64,000 bases of DNA from Deltaproteobacteria bacterium (GTDB lineage: Bacteria; Desulfobacterota; BSN033; UBA1163), in NCBI GenBank assembly GCA_020059605.1, contig JAGVBT010000069.1, positions 11,715 to 75,714 of the forward strand, in the 5' to 3' direction. Positions 27,418 to 39,200 of this stretch are shown piece after piece (position 1 is the first letter of the stretch; every line of letters starts with the position of its first letter). A model generated the notes under the pieces. The model searched no databases. It was not told the origin of the DNA and saw nothing but the letters and a program-made list of their open reading frames with translations. The translations under genes and the position numbers were made by a program.

Positions 27418-28404
27418 TTAAAACGATTTTCTAACTAATTCGACTAAACGGAGGTTTTTCATGGTTAAGATAACAACGCCGATGATCGTTTGAGGAAAAT
27501 ACCATAAGGCATGAAAAACCAGGATAAAACCTAGGGCATCTTCCTTGTTAATAGCAAAAGTGGATAAGACGGCGACGGCTAAGAGATGATAAGTGCCTGC
27601 ATAGCCAGGAGAGGATGGGATCAGCCCTACGAGATTTAGGGAAGAAAGAAGCAGAACCATTCCTCCCAAAGGAAGCATCAGATTAAATGCATTTAATGCA
27701 AAGTAAAGGCTCAAAAACCAAACCCCCCATATTAAACAGGAAAATATAAAAACCACCGTTCCACGACGAATGGTTTGGATACTTGCAAAACCTAAACGTA
27801 AATTACGGACAACATTGAATATTATTTTGTAAATAGAAGAGGATTCCCATTTTGAAAAGATATTTTCAATTTTCGGTCCGATTGTTGAATCACCCAATAA
27901 ATATATAATACTGATGCCTACGATTAATAGCAATCCTCCAAAAAATAACATATGCCGTCCCCATGGCAAAAGGGGAAACATTATAAATGATAACAAACCC
28001 AAGATAACTAAAACAAGGAGATCAAATAGACGATCAGTTACAATTGTAGCAAAAAAAAATGTTTTGCTTTTTTTAACTTCCTGACCTAGCATGATAGCAC
28101 GTACAAATTCCCCTAATCGACCAGGAAGAATATTATTCACCATTAAACCTACCATCATTGATTTGGAAATAGATGCTAACGATACTTCAGGAAGATTAAT
28201 GACCATTTTCCATCGAAATACAGCAACCAGGAGACTAAGAAAGTGAAACAAGGTAGCTAAGATCAACTCTCCCCAGTTGGCCTTTCCAAGGTTAGAAAAC
28301 ACTTGGCTCCACTGAATTCCTCGAAACAATAAAAAGAGGCAAAGTATGCTAATGGCAAATCCAAAGATTATGTAAATATTATTCTTAAAAACATTTTGTC
28401 TCAA
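27418..28404 (-). CDS. UPF0104 / LPG_synthase_TM flippase-like membrane protein
   Basis: 328 aa and about 8 TM segments. NNILPGRLGEFVRAIMLG is the family signature. Confidence 0.7.
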   Translation of the reverse strand: MRQNVFKNNIYIIFGFAISILCLFLLFRGIQWSQVFSNLGKANWGELILATLFHFLSLLVAVFRWKMVINLPEVSLASISKSMMVGLMVNNILPGRLGEFVRAIMLGQEVKKSKTFFFATIVTDRLFDLLVLVILGLLSFIMFPLLPWGRHMLFFGGLLLIVGISIIYLLGDSTIGPKIENIFSKWESSSIYKIIFNVVRNLRLGFASIQTIRRGTVVFIFSCLIWGVWFLSLYFALNAFNLMLPLGGMVLLLSSLNLVGLIPSSPGYAGTYHLLAVAVLSTFAINKEDALGFILVFHALWYFPQTIIGVVILTMKNLRLVELVRKSF

Positions 28405-30260
28405 GAAGTAGTCCTTTCCTCTATCAATAAAACTTCAAACAACAGGGCATAATCATTTTTAAAGACCAGTTTAATAAGGGATGGAGGTAGGTCTCCTTCC
28501 TTGGGCAGAGTCATTTTTATCCGATTCCGCCTGATTAAAAAATAATCTGCGCCTAAACGTCGTAGTTCTCGGTGAAGACCTTGATCATTAGAAAATCGGC
28601 TGTAAATATTCTCAAAACGGGCTGGACCAAACCAATCCCCCATGAAAAGTCCATCCGCAAAATAAGACATATTTTCGTCGAAGAGGGCATAAAGGGAATA
28701 ATTTCGGCCTTTCGTTTGGTTCAGATATTGATAAGCAGGGAAAGAGGGAAGTTTTTGTGTTAAATAAACCTCCTGCTGCTTATTTGTATAGGGCGGGAAA
28801 CTTTCTTTCCATACCATATAGGTAACATACAACCATCCGGGGCTGAAGAGGATTATTGGAATAGAAAAAGTGACAAATTTCTTCTTTACCCATTTTAATT
28901 TGCCAGAGGTAAAAAGTCTTAAGCAATTCTCTAATGATCCAGTGATGGTAAGACTGAGGAGAGGAATAATGGGCAGAAGGTATCGCAAGACCTGAGCGGT
29001 CCAGAACCAAAAGAGCGTATATAAAAAAATAATGCACCATAATCCTTTAATCTTTGCAGATGACAGACTTAAAAAAAGTAAAGGAAGTGAAAATAAATAT
29101 ATTGGTGAATAGGGAGCTTCCATGAGAAACTTTGATTGGTTAAAAGTGAGATCCCATGGTAAGAGTAAAAGAGATCGGAGGCTTTTTCCGGTCCCGAAGG
29201 TTCGTAATAAATTATCTAATGCTCCCTGAAGGTCTTGGGCGCTCCATAATCCGTATCCGAATATCTGACCAAAGAATGGAAAAACAGGGTTTCCCATGTA
29301 GTGCCAGTTTCTGAAGTACCAGGGGAAAGCGGTTCCAATGGCAATAACCACAAAAAGAATAAATGGGAAGATTCTTCCATCTTTCAAGCTTGTGCAGAAG
29401 ACAACAAGGCTAAGCAAAGCAAAGAAAAAGAGAGCCGAATATTTTGAACCCGCTGCAAAGCCGAGAAACAAGGCCCCTAAGATCAACCATATCTTCTCTT
29501 TTGAATACACATAATTGAAAAGGACATAAATCCCCATCGTTATAAAGAGGGTTAATCCGATATCAATATTGGCACTGGTTCCTAAATAAAGCACTAAGGG
29601 ATTTGAGAGGAAGATAGCTAACGACCAGATCCCGACGGTTTTAGAGAAATGTCTCTTGGCAAAGGCGAAAAGGCCTATACCAAGGGCGACCATCATCAGA
29701 AATTGTATTAATTGGGCGGCAATCCCATCGTATAAGAGAAGGGCTAATGTAAAAAGCATCTCATTGGTTTGGGGAAAAACAGGAAAGCGTAGATAAGGAG
29801 TCAAAATGATTTCATGGGACTGGGAATAAATTTTTGCATAGGTTAGATGATACATCGTTGAATCGAAGGCGGTTGGTGGATAGAGAGGCATTAAAAGAAT
29901 CGGCAAAAGGCAGAGGACGATCAAAAAGGAAAAGAGGATGGATCTCCATTTAATCCCTTTTTGTCGAAAGTAAGCCGATATTGCCTGAAACAGTTCAATC
30001 CAGGCAGATGAACATAACAGGAAGATGATTCCTATCACCACCAGAACCAGCAGGTGATGTAGAACTCCAAGGATCCCTATTAGGAATACGAGGTAGGCAA
30101 GGATTCCAAGCCCAAGGGTCATGCAGAAGCTAAATTGTTCTGCTTTCCCAGAAAAATGAGTTTGTTGGGTTAGTCTTCTACCGATACCATAGGAGAGAAT
30201 CCCTATCCATACGATGAAGGCATAATGGCTGACAAAGAAAAGGATGGCTTTAAATACCAT
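28401..30260 (-). CDS. GT-C-like multi-pass membrane glycosyltransferase
   Basis: 619 aa and at least 12 hydrophobic segments. The first loop has PPTAFDSTMYHLTYAKIY, similar to YDALNYHLTVPRIY in the next gene. A soluble C-terminal domain of about 130 aa follows. Confidence 0.55.
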   Translation of the reverse strand: MVFKAILFFVSHYAFIVWIGILSYGIGRRLTQQTHFSGKAEQFSFCMTLGLGILAYLVFLIGILGVLHHLLVLVVIGIIFLLCSSAWIELFQAISAYFRQKGIKWRSILFSFLIVLCLLPILLMPLYPPTAFDSTMYHLTYAKIYSQSHEIILTPYLRFPVFPQTNEMLFTLALLLYDGIAAQLIQFLMMVALGIGLFAFAKRHFSKTVGIWSLAIFLSNPLVLYLGTSANIDIGLTLFITMGIYVLFNYVYSKEKIWLILGALFLGFAAGSKYSALFFFALLSLVVFCTSLKDGRIFPFILFVVIAIGTAFPWYFRNWHYMGNPVFPFFGQIFGYGLWSAQDLQGALDNLLRTFGTGKSLRSLLLLPWDLTFNQSKFLMEAPYSPIYLFSLPLLFLSLSSAKIKGLWCIIFLYTLFWFWTAQVLRYLLPIIPLLSLTITGSLENCLRLFTSGKLKWVKKKFVTFSIPIILFSPGWLYVTYMVWKESFPPYTNKQQEVYLTQKLPSFPAYQYLNQTKGRNYSLYALFDENMSYFADGLFMGDWFGPARFENIYSRFSNDQGLHRELRRLGADYFLIRRNRIKMTLPKEGDLPPSLIKLVFKNDYALLFEVLLIEERTTS

Positions 30261-30309
30261 AGTGCATTAAAGCTTGAAAAACCTTTGACCACAACTAAAA
30301 AGAGTTTTT

Positions 30310-32904
30310 TTAATCATTCTCCTCAACAAAAGAGAAATCATCAAACCAGACTTCACTATCCTCATGGACACTGGCATAAATAACCGCCAATTGTGCATTT
30401 TCTGGGGCTCTAACAGACATAGAATGGCAGATCCATTTATCTTTCACGGCTGGAACCACTCGGATATCGGGACGGATGATTTTCCCCTCAAAAAGCCAAT
30501 TGATTTGCAATCGGGCAAATTGGCCCTCTTTGTCAGCTTTTATGTAGTTGGTGAGCTTGTAGAGTGTATTTGCTTCGGCGGGTAAAACCTGTGTGAAAAA
30601 ATCTTTTCTGGAAGTCTTAATCGCCCCTTTCCCTGTATGACTCTTCTTTCCGGAAAAATCCACCGTAGGATTTCCAAATGGGTTCCACCTGGCAGGTAAT
30701 GCACCTTGAATTTCTTCAAACCCTGGGTTTTCGAGGAGCTCCATTTTTATCCCTTTTCCCGAGGCTTTTTTTTCCGTTAAAATATGATAAAGGAAAATAT
30801 TGTCAGAGGAAAATTCAAGTTTGGTGTAACTATTAAGAAAAGATGGATGTAAAACGGGTGGCTTATACTTCCATGTTGAAGTTAAAGACTTATCAACCAT
30901 AATATGAGTGAACCCTGTTTTGATTAGAAGGTTAGATAAGCCTCTCTTTGAAGATAGTTCAAGGAGGTCTCTTGTATTCAGTGAGGTACGAAGATTTTCC
31001 AGGTGAGCATGTGAATAAAAAAGATAGTCATTTCCAGCCAAGAGAACTTTAACCTTTTTAGGGTCGTATTGATATCTAACATACTGATAAGTATGGTGAT
31101 ATCCCTTGAGGGTTCTTGAAAGATATTCGTCAGTAGATTCTAATCCAAAAGCAACCTTATAAGGAATTCGTTCAGGAATGTTCCAAAATGTGACTAACTG
31201 GAGAGGGATGGTAAACATGAGGCCGATGATGATAAGCGCCCTATAAAGAATGGCAATAGGTTTCGGCGAATGATCCTTAAAGAAGGCGAGAACATATGAA
31301 GCTAAAAGGGAATAGATTGGAACGATGGGTAGAAAATATCTCAGATATTGACCGATACAAAACCATATTCCCATAAAACTTAAGAAAATAAAAATAAAAA
31401 ATGGAAGGATGCGAGGAGGCTTTGATGTAAAAAACAAAATAGATACCATCGCAATGAGTAGATGAAAACCAACAAAGCCATCCGGAGAACCCTCTATAAA
31501 GGCTTTCGTATGGTAGGTGAGGTTCCAAGGAAGCAAAAGGAAATCCTTTACACCACTCCCCATACCAAAGTCTTTAAGATTCAAAAAGGTATTTACCGGT
31601 GGTAATAATGGGCTTTTGAAGATTGCATTATAAAACGGGAAAACAGGGTTGCTTGTATGAAAATAAGTCACCATGTACCATGGTAAGGTGATAATCAAGA
31701 TCGGGAGCGTAAAAGAGATAAAATTAGCAATATTTTGGGTAAAATTTCTTCTTGAAAGATGACAACTTATTGCTAAAATAGAGAGGCTCATTGGAACCAA
31801 TGCCAAAGCGGCATTTAATTTTGCCGACAAAGCCAAACCTGACATTAGCCCACATATAAAAAGAAAGCCTCTTTTTCCCGTTTTCCACCAAAGGGTCAGG
31901 CCATAAACCGCAGAAAATATATAGAAGGTCGTGGCTAAATCGATATAGGTTGTGGTCGATAGCCAAGCGGCGAGGGGTGAAACATAAAAGAAGGCCGCGG
32001 CAAAGACTCCTATCTCAACGGAAAAGGACCTCTTCCCGAAAGAGAACACGGCCACGGCCACCAGGATGCCAAAACAGAGAGAAAATAACTTTGCCGTGAT
32101 CTGTCCTGAAAGGATCAATCCAAGTCCGTAAAGCATCTCGATACTTTTCGCAAAATAGGATTGAAGAATGTGAGGTAGTTGAACAGCCCCATGATGTTCG
32201 ATATAAATTCGGGGGACCGTCAGGTGATAATTCAAGGCATCATATTGAATCTCCGGGGCAATTGCTCCAACGAAATTGATTCCAATGCTCAATATCATAA
32301 TAGAAAATAATGCAGAGGCAAAAATAGAATTTGACGAATTTCTGACAGATGAGGGTAGATTTTTAATTTTTATTGAAACTTCCTTAGCCAACACCACAAA
32401 ATCTTTTAAAAATAGGATGGAGATTAAAATTAAGGAGGGGAATACCACCTGCTTATACAAAAAACCTGTTAATGAGAGAATAAAAATAAAAAACGAATAA
32501 ACCCCGAAACCTATTCCTATTGAAAAGGTAATATTTTCTAACCAAGAGAGGGGTAATTCTCTAAAACCCGACTTTAAAATTTTACCGCCCAAAACCCATG
32601 CCAGGAAGAATATCCAGATAAAGACCAGGACGTCAATGATGGTTTTGCTTAAAAGGGAGAGGATAAGGGAAAAAATGATGGTAATCATAGATAGAAAGAT
32701 TGGGAGAATCAGAGAATTATTTTTTAAAATAATAGATAGAAATGAGAAGATCACCACCATTCCCATGATGATGAAGGAAAAAAGGAAATCATAGGGCGAT
32801 TTGTTAAATGGATTGAGAAGCCATTTGAGAGAGGTATAGATGTATGTAGAAACAATAAAGATTAAAAATAAAAGAAAGAAATGTTTTGCAAAATTTTTCT
32901 TCAC
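30310..32904 (-). CDS. GT-C-like membrane glycosyltransferase with C-terminal carbohydrate-binding-module-like domain
   Basis: 864 aa and about 14 hydrophobic segments, with motif EIQYDALNYHLTVPRIY. The last ~144 aa (LENPGFEEIQGALPARWNPFGN...TLYKLTNYIKADKEG...VWFDDFSFV) look like a CBM4_9/galactose-binding-like beta-sandwich. Confidence 0.55.
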   Translation of the reverse strand: MKKNFAKHFFLLFLIFIVSTYIYTSLKWLLNPFNKSPYDFLFSFIIMGMVVIFSFLSIILKNNSLILPIFLSMITIIFSLILSLLSKTIIDVLVFIWIFFLAWVLGGKILKSGFRELPLSWLENITFSIGIGFGVYSFFIFILSLTGFLYKQVVFPSLILISILFLKDFVVLAKEVSIKIKNLPSSVRNSSNSIFASALFSIMILSIGINFVGAIAPEIQYDALNYHLTVPRIYIEHHGAVQLPHILQSYFAKSIEMLYGLGLILSGQITAKLFSLCFGILVAVAVFSFGKRSFSVEIGVFAAAFFYVSPLAAWLSTTTYIDLATTFYIFSAVYGLTLWWKTGKRGFLFICGLMSGLALSAKLNAALALVPMSLSILAISCHLSRRNFTQNIANFISFTLPILIITLPWYMVTYFHTSNPVFPFYNAIFKSPLLPPVNTFLNLKDFGMGSGVKDFLLLPWNLTYHTKAFIEGSPDGFVGFHLLIAMVSILFFTSKPPRILPFFIFIFLSFMGIWFCIGQYLRYFLPIVPIYSLLASYVLAFFKDHSPKPIAILYRALIIIGLMFTIPLQLVTFWNIPERIPYKVAFGLESTDEYLSRTLKGYHHTYQYVRYQYDPKKVKVLLAGNDYLFYSHAHLENLRTSLNTRDLLELSSKRGLSNLLIKTGFTHIMVDKSLTSTWKYKPPVLHPSFLNSYTKLEFSSDNIFLYHILTEKKASGKGIKMELLENPGFEEIQGALPARWNPFGNPTVDFSGKKSHTGKGAIKTSRKDFFTQVLPAEANTLYKLTNYIKADKEGQFARLQINWLFEGKIIRPDIRVVPAVKDKWICHSMSVRAPENAQLAVIYASVHEDSEVWFDDFSFVEEND

Positions 32905-33150
32905 CGAAGGATTCCCTAACGAAAAGAATCTATTTTTACTTCAGAGAAGTTATGGAACAAATGTTGCAATTCTTCCTTCCGATCATATCTTTTATGGTCA
33001 TTGATATCCTTTTCAGAAATCATGGTCGCCCTGGAAGAAAACGTAGTTATAGTCTCTCGACAAATCATCCACGGTTTTATCTATCTCATAGCATTAGGAA
33101 ATGCTTCCCTAACGGTTCACAAATCTGTAAGGTCGCTCGTCATGGAGACT

Positions 33151-34062
33151 TCATCTATTTATCTTTAAAAAATTATACAATTCGTCAAACCTCCGATTGA
33201 CTGAATCCAAAATAATTCCTGTGATGAATGAGATGATAGATAATATCATGGTTCCGGAGGCAAAAATAGCAAGAGGGACATGCCGAATATATCTTGTCTT
33301 GATGAATTCCTCAATCACCACAGAACCCGAAAGGAGAGAGATAAAGAACAAGATGAAGGAGGTCGTTGAGAAGAAAAGAAAGGGTCTATAGTCCTTAAAA
33401 ATCATGAAGATCGTTTTTAAAACCAATACACCATCCCTAAAGGTGTTAAGCTTTGAATAACTCCCTTCTGGCCGTTCCCCATATGCGATATCGAATTCTT
33501 TTATAAGATATCCGAACTTTAAAGCCTTAATTGTCATTTCTGTTTCAACTTCAAATCCAGAGGAGGTGATATTGATGTTTTTAACAAACTCCCTGCTCAT
33601 GACTCTAAAACCAGACATGATATCCCTCAAGTGGGCATGAAATAATTTGTTGATAAGAAATCGTACCAATTTATTGCCAAAGGTGTGCAAGGGTCTGAAG
33701 GATTTAGATAAATAACTTTCCAGCCTGTTTCCCACGACGAGATCCGCCTCTTCATTCTTTATCATGGAAATCATCTGGTCAACTTTTGTTAAATCATAAG
33801 TGTCATCACCATCCACGATGATGCAGATGTCCGCATCGACTTTATTAAACATGGATTGTACCACATACCCTTTCCCCTGACGCTTTTCCTTAAAAACAAC
33901 AGCCCCTGCGGATTTGGCCACTTGGGTGGTCCCATCCGTTGAATTATTGTCAAATACATATATTTTTGCCTCAGGGACTTGTTTTCTCATATCCGTTATT
34001 ACTTTAGTTATTGTTAGTTCCTCATTGTAACATGGAATCATAGCAGCAATTTTAATATCCAT
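33151..34062 (-). CDS. GT2 polyprenyl-phosphate sugar synthase (GtrB/DPM1-like) with C-terminal TM helices
   Basis: IAAMIPCYNEELTITKVI...IYVFDNNSTDGT...IIVDGDDTYD, plus two C-terminal TM segments. Start set at ATG 34062, preceded by GGAGG. The listed 34083 start is TTG. Confidence 0.85.
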   Translation of the reverse strand: MDIKIAAMIPCYNEELTITKVITDMRKQVPEAKIYVFDNNSTDGTTQVAKSAGAVVFKEKRQGKGYVVQSMFNKVDADICIIVDGDDTYDLTKVDQMISMIKNEEADLVVGNRLESYLSKSFRPLHTFGNKLVRFLINKLFHAHLRDIMSGFRVMSREFVKNINITSSGFEVETEMTIKALKFGYLIKEFDIAYGERPEGSYSKLNTFRDGVLVLKTIFMIFKDYRPFLFFSTTSFILFFISLLSGSVVIEEFIKTRYIRHVPLAIFASGTMILSIISFITGIILDSVNRRFDELYNFLKINR

Positions 34063-34237
34063 TAAGTAAGACCTCCGTAACAAAACCGTTCAGCAAACCG
34101 ACTGGAATGGACTCAATAAACCTCAATAATTCGCTGCTTAGCAGGTTTGGCATAGGACCTTACTAATATTATCGAATTAAAATAATATTTATTACGACTT
34201 ACTATTTCTTATTCACAGAATGTTTAAAGTAACCTCT

Positions 34238-35836
34238 TTAATCTTCTCTCCCACACCTATATACATAATAAACAGGTTTATCGAATTTATCATAAATTGT
34301 CATTTCTTTACAAGTAATATTATTGTGAATTAGAAATGCATTAAAAACGTTTTTTCTACCAAAGTTCCCGCCTTGGTTGTCCTCAGCGTAAAAAACGTAT
34401 ACATTATCCTTATAATTGTGCATTTTATCCTTTAATTGATTAATAAAGAAATTTGAATTACCTGTATACCCGAATATCTCCTCAGTTGTGATTTTACCTT
34501 TAGAAACCAAAAACACTAATCTTGATATTCCCCAGCTACCCGCATAAATTTTGTGTATCTTATCATTTTCCAGGGTTCTGACCAATTTAAAAATAGAGGA
34601 TGACCACATCGGATTTTCATTTTGCGTTCTTAACGTATTGAAATAATTAATATTTATATTAGTATAAATCATTAGAAGCAGTAGGGTAATAGGAATATAT
34701 ATGTACTTTGGTAAAAAAAGTAAAAAATAAGAAAGAATCACAATTAACAAAGGTAGGACAATCAAATTGTGGAATGGACTTAAAGAACTTGAGGGAATTG
34801 ATTGTATAAATACAAAAATAGACATGGCATAAAAATATTCTATTTCTCTAATAGGTTTATTTTTAAATCGGCCCCACACCAACAATGCGAGCAACATCAA
34901 AAAACAGAAAGAAAAGAAGTAAAAAGGGAAAGAACTGCAAAACGTTCCTTCCACCTCACCGAAAGGATTTCCACAGTTAAAAAAAGCTTTAATTTGATTA
35001 GAGCGTGCATAAGTATTAGACATGAATGCGTTTAAAGGACTTGATTCTTTCAGAATGGATTCATTATTAAAAAAAATAAAAACATTGTAATGGCCGAGAA
35101 CATTAAAAAGAATGAAAAAAGATGATCCAAGCAGAAAGAAAAATATTCCCCCCATCAGTTTTTTAATGGATTTATAAAATATATAAAAAAGGTCCCGAAG
35201 CAGACTCTTATTCAGGCAGATGAGGTAGAGCGGAAATGCAATGATGAGCATAACCATCTCTAATCTTGTACTTAAGCCAAGGCCTGTGGCCAAACAGCCG
35301 AAATAAAAATGTCTCCAGTTTCTCTGAAGGTACCACCTGTGAAAAGAATAAAACATAAATCCAAGCAGAGTTAATCGTAGGATAAAATAAGGATCCGTCC
35401 TGCTGTAGAAAATATGGGAAGGCATAAAGGTCAGAAGGAGAACGCTTAAAAAGGCAACTTTCTTGCTTAAAAAAAGCTTCAAAAAAGCATAAAAAAATAT
35501 AATTGAAAGGCATGCATACAGGACACTAAGGCCCCTATAGGCGAAAGAATACTCCGTTAAATAAAGAAGTAACACTTGTGGATAAATAGGAAATCCTCCG
35601 CTTTGAGGTGAAATCCCTAATGGAAGTTTATACCCAAGGATGTCAATGTGCGGATAAGGCAGATGCGATACTTGAAGTTTTGTTTGAAGGGCCGCATAGG
35701 GTACATATATTTCATCAGCATAAGGACCTGGAGTGTTAAGGGAGTATATTCGAATCAGGAAAAAAGTTAACAATAATAATATAAAAAGTGGCTCTCTTTT
35801 TAAAAGTTCTTTTGCCTTTGAAGGAAAAGCGGGCAT
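34238..35836 (-). CDS. GT-C / PMT_2-like membrane glycosyltransferase
   Basis: 532 aa and about 11 hydrophobic segments. First-loop PGPYADEIYVPYAA. Soluble C-terminal tail. Confidence 0.55.
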   Translation of the reverse strand: MPAFPSKAKELLKREPLFILLLLTFFLIRIYSLNTPGPYADEIYVPYAALQTKLQVSHLPYPHIDILGYKLPLGISPQSGGFPIYPQVLLLYLTEYSFAYRGLSVLYACLSIIFFYAFLKLFLSKKVAFLSVLLLTFMPSHIFYSRTDPYFILRLTLLGFMFYSFHRWYLQRNWRHFYFGCLATGLGLSTRLEMVMLIIAFPLYLICLNKSLLRDLFYIFYKSIKKLMGGIFFFLLGSSFFILFNVLGHYNVFIFFNNESILKESSPLNAFMSNTYARSNQIKAFFNCGNPFGEVEGTFCSSFPFYFFSFCFLMLLALLVWGRFKNKPIREIEYFYAMSIFVFIQSIPSSSLSPFHNLIVLPLLIVILSYFLLFLPKYIYIPITLLLLMIYTNININYFNTLRTQNENPMWSSSIFKLVRTLENDKIHKIYAGSWGISRLVFLVSKGKITTEEIFGYTGNSNFFINQLKDKMHNYKDNVYVFYAEDNQGGNFGRKNVFNAFLIHNNITCKEMTIYDKFDKPVYYVYRCGRED

Positions 35837-35886
35837 TGGTTTCTAATGATTAAGAACCATAAAAGGGATTTTAAAAAAAACAACCT

Positions 35887-36252
35887 CTACGGTTCTACTG
35901 TAAAAACAAGACTGTTCGATTGGTTTCCGTTTTTAGTATCTAATAAATATAAATGAAATTGTCCAGGCTTCGAATAGAGCTCTTTGGGGACCAATGCGGT
36001 CAGACCATTCGGGCTTCCAAAGGTTGTATGTAATTGCGTTTCCCCCCATACAATTACGGTTGTTATTGTGGCATTCTCAGCTTTGGTCCATATAGCGGAA
36101 ACTCCTCCGGGTTGAACATTGAACCCCTGTCCGGCTTTCGTTTCGGCAGGACCGATTTCCTTTAACAAAGGTGGGGTCGCCTTTTTACATCCGGTCATCA
36201 TTACAACCATGATGAGCGCGAAAGCCCACAAAAGCATTTTATTCAGTTTCAT
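35887..36252 (-). CDS. Small lipoprotein with a single IPT/TIG (Ig-like) domain
   Basis: MKLNKMLLWAFALIMVVMMTGC has a lipobox. The mature part, GPAETKAGQGFNVQPGG...LTALVPKELYSKPGQFHLYLLD...SLVFTV, resembles an IPT/TIG fold. Start set at ATG 36252, after GGAGGG. Confidence 0.55.
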   Translation of the reverse strand: MKLNKMLLWAFALIMVVMMTGCKKATPPLLKEIGPAETKAGQGFNVQPGGVSAIWTKAENATITTVIVWGETQLHTTFGSPNGLTALVPKELYSKPGQFHLYLLDTKNGNQSNSLVFTVEP

Positions 36253-36268
36253 ATAAATTCCCTCCATT

Positions 36269-39200
36269 TCAGGTTTTGATTTCCCGATACCGATGGGGTT
36301 GCCAGGGGAATCCCCATTTTTCTTCAAAACGTCTTTTATTCTCATTAAAAATCTTCCTGTATTCTCCGGTCTCCTTCAGTTTATTGAAGGAGACCTCCCC
36401 AAAGTGATGGATAAAGACGTCCTCCGCGCACACCACACGGTACCTCTTAAGGCGGATGCGATGGGCAAAATCGTCATCCTCAAACATTCCGATCTGAAAT
36501 CGCTCGTCCAATAATCCGACTTCGTCGATTAATTTCCGCCTCATTGCAACACAATACATCGCCAGTACTTGGATGTCAAATCTCTTGGGAAGAAAGTGTT
36601 TTCTAATAAAATATTCTGAAAACCCTTCGATCTCCTTCAGCTCTTTATAGGGAACATCGATCTTTGATTCATTTCCTGAGAAATTGGTTACCGGTCCAAC
36701 TAAACCGATGGAATCGTCCTGTAAATGCCTAAGCAGTTTTGTTATCCACCCTCTTGTCAAAATGGTATCGTTGTTTAAAAAGATGATGTATTCCCCCGAA
36801 GACGCTAAGATTCCCTGATTATTCGCCTTTGGAAATCCTTCGTTTGTCGAATTGAATATGATCTGTACTTGAGGATGGCGAGAGGCCAGCTCATGCAGGT
36901 ACTCTTGTGTCCCGTCCTCTGAGTGGTTATCGACCAGGATGATCTCGTAATTTGGGTACTGAGACTTCAAAAAAATACTTTCAATACACATTTTAGTGTA
37001 ATACAGGTTATTAAAGGTCACAATGATAATGCTGACTTTTGGATAAATATTTCTAATCTCTGAAGTTAACGTAATATATCTAGCCTCCCAGGTATTCTTT
37101 TTGGCGAGCTCGATCCTTTCTGTTATTAGATTCTTATTATTTTCATGCAAGGCACTCTCTATATTTTTAAGAAAATCATTTTTGTCTTTAGCCAGATAAA
37201 GATATTTGGCATAAGGCAATAATTCGGGGATCTCGACAGAGACTACCTTCTTCCCCGAACTCATAAATTCGTAGAATTTAACAGGATTGGTGGCTTTGGT
37301 TAGTTTATTCAGCTTAAAGGGGATAATGCAAACATCAAACCAGTAAAGATATTTTGGCAGTTGGTCATAAGGTTTCTCTCCAAGAAAGTGAACATTGGAG
37401 ATTTTCTCTAATCTCGCAATATCAGATCCAAAGGTATGACCGATAAAAACAAAATTCCAGTCTTTTTTGCTGATAGCCAGATACTCGACAAGTTCATTGT
37501 CAAACCAGTCCGAGATGGCACCGTAATAGCCTATGATGGGCTTTTTCATTTCTTTTAAAAGGTCATTTGGAGGAAGATGGCTGAAGTGGTTAAAATCCGA
37601 GGCGTTGGGCAGAAAAAGGCATCGTTCGTTATGGTGTCTCATTTTTTCATAAAGAGATTGGGCAGTGGTGATGAGAAGGTCGCAACCCTTCGCGAGCAGC
37701 GTTTCCCGAGAGAGCATCGCTTCATCGTTTGTCGAAAACCCGCTATGTTCATCTATACAGTCATAAATAATTTTCCAACCCAATTCCTCTTTGATTCTCT
37801 GGGCGAGGGGTTGCCAAAAGGGAAGCTGAACGATTGTGATTGCTTCGACAATTCCTTTCTCTTCCCTCAGAGAATTAAGAGAAGCGGCCATCTTTTCCAG
37901 GCTTACCTCATCGATAGGGTCTTGATAGATGCTCAGCCGGGGATTTGCCTCAATGGCCACATCAAAAATACCTTCCTTAATCTCCCGGCATTGGAATTCC
38001 CCTCCCTGATTATCCAAGAATTTTGGATTGATATAAAAAACCCTTGCCCCATTTTGTGCAAATTGGGAGAGGATCTGCTGGGGTCTCTGGTATCTGAAGA
38101 ACCAGTCGATGATCGGCAGGCAGATGACATCGTATTGCCGGGCTATTTTTGAGTTATGATCTTGACTGGCAGAAAGAGAGGGAACCTCTTTATTTCCGGA
38201 CCCTCCTTGCTCTATTTGACTTATGGCGCTTCTATTTTCTTCTCCCTCCTTCTCTTTATTACTGTGAGAGGGTCCTATTTTGATAAACGGAAATACGGTG
38301 TTCATTAGCTTCACGGAGAAATTCCCTAATCTCCAGGTTCTCGTGGAAAGCATTGCGTTGAGCCTGGTGTCGAGGTTGACAATTTGGTTTTTTAGGTAGA
38401 ATACGGAAAGATCCCTTTTGGCCACCTCATCCGTATAATGCTGCTCCTGCTCCTTGTGTTTGGACAGAAGCGAGTGGATTTCGTCGTTTCTATCAGCGAT
38501 CTCTTTTGTATAATGCTGTTCCTGCTCCTTATACTGCTCAATAAGATCTTGAATCTTATCCTCTATCTTAAGGAGCTCCAGGTCCTTTTGTTGTATCTGT
38601 TTTTGTAGATTTTCCAAAATCCCCACTTGTTCAGAGAGTTTCTGAATCTGCTCGTCTCTCTGCTCTAACTCCCTATGGAGATGATCAATGGTGTGGTCCT
38701 TGAGCTTTTGAAAAATGGAATTGGATATATCAATCAGATGGGAACCTTGCAGGAACGTCTCGATCAATTGGTTTGTATCCGAAGCGATGGCGATAAAGTA
38801 TTTGGAAGGTTTGTTCTCTCTTGAAGTGAATTCGAACCCACTCTTTGACTTTCTGAGAACAGATTCTTCAAAGTAAACCTCTTTGCGGCTAAAGAGAGGT
38901 GATATATTCGAGCCAGAGAATACGTTTTGCCCGAAGAACCAGACAAATTCAAAATATCCCTTTAGGAAGCCTCTCAAATCATTAAAGTAAAACTCTTTGA
39001 TATGGAAAGGATTCTTGAAGTTAATCTCATCGGAGTAAACCTTTTTGTTCGGAGTGGATAAGACGAGGATACCATCGTTCTTCAATAGCCTCTTAATTTC
39101 TTTAAATAAGGCCCCATGGTTTTCAATATGCTCTATGGCCTCGAAACAAACGATGACGTCAAATATTCTCTCTCCCTCGATTGGAACCTCGAGGATAGAT

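Noticed and set aside
28401-35836. Reading the large multi-pass proteins as Wzy polymerases or O-antigen ligases.
   Set aside because: They are much larger than typical Wzy or WaaL proteins. They have big soluble C-terminal domains and carry the acidic first-loop motif of GT-C enzymes. The rejection is not absolute and needs profile searches.
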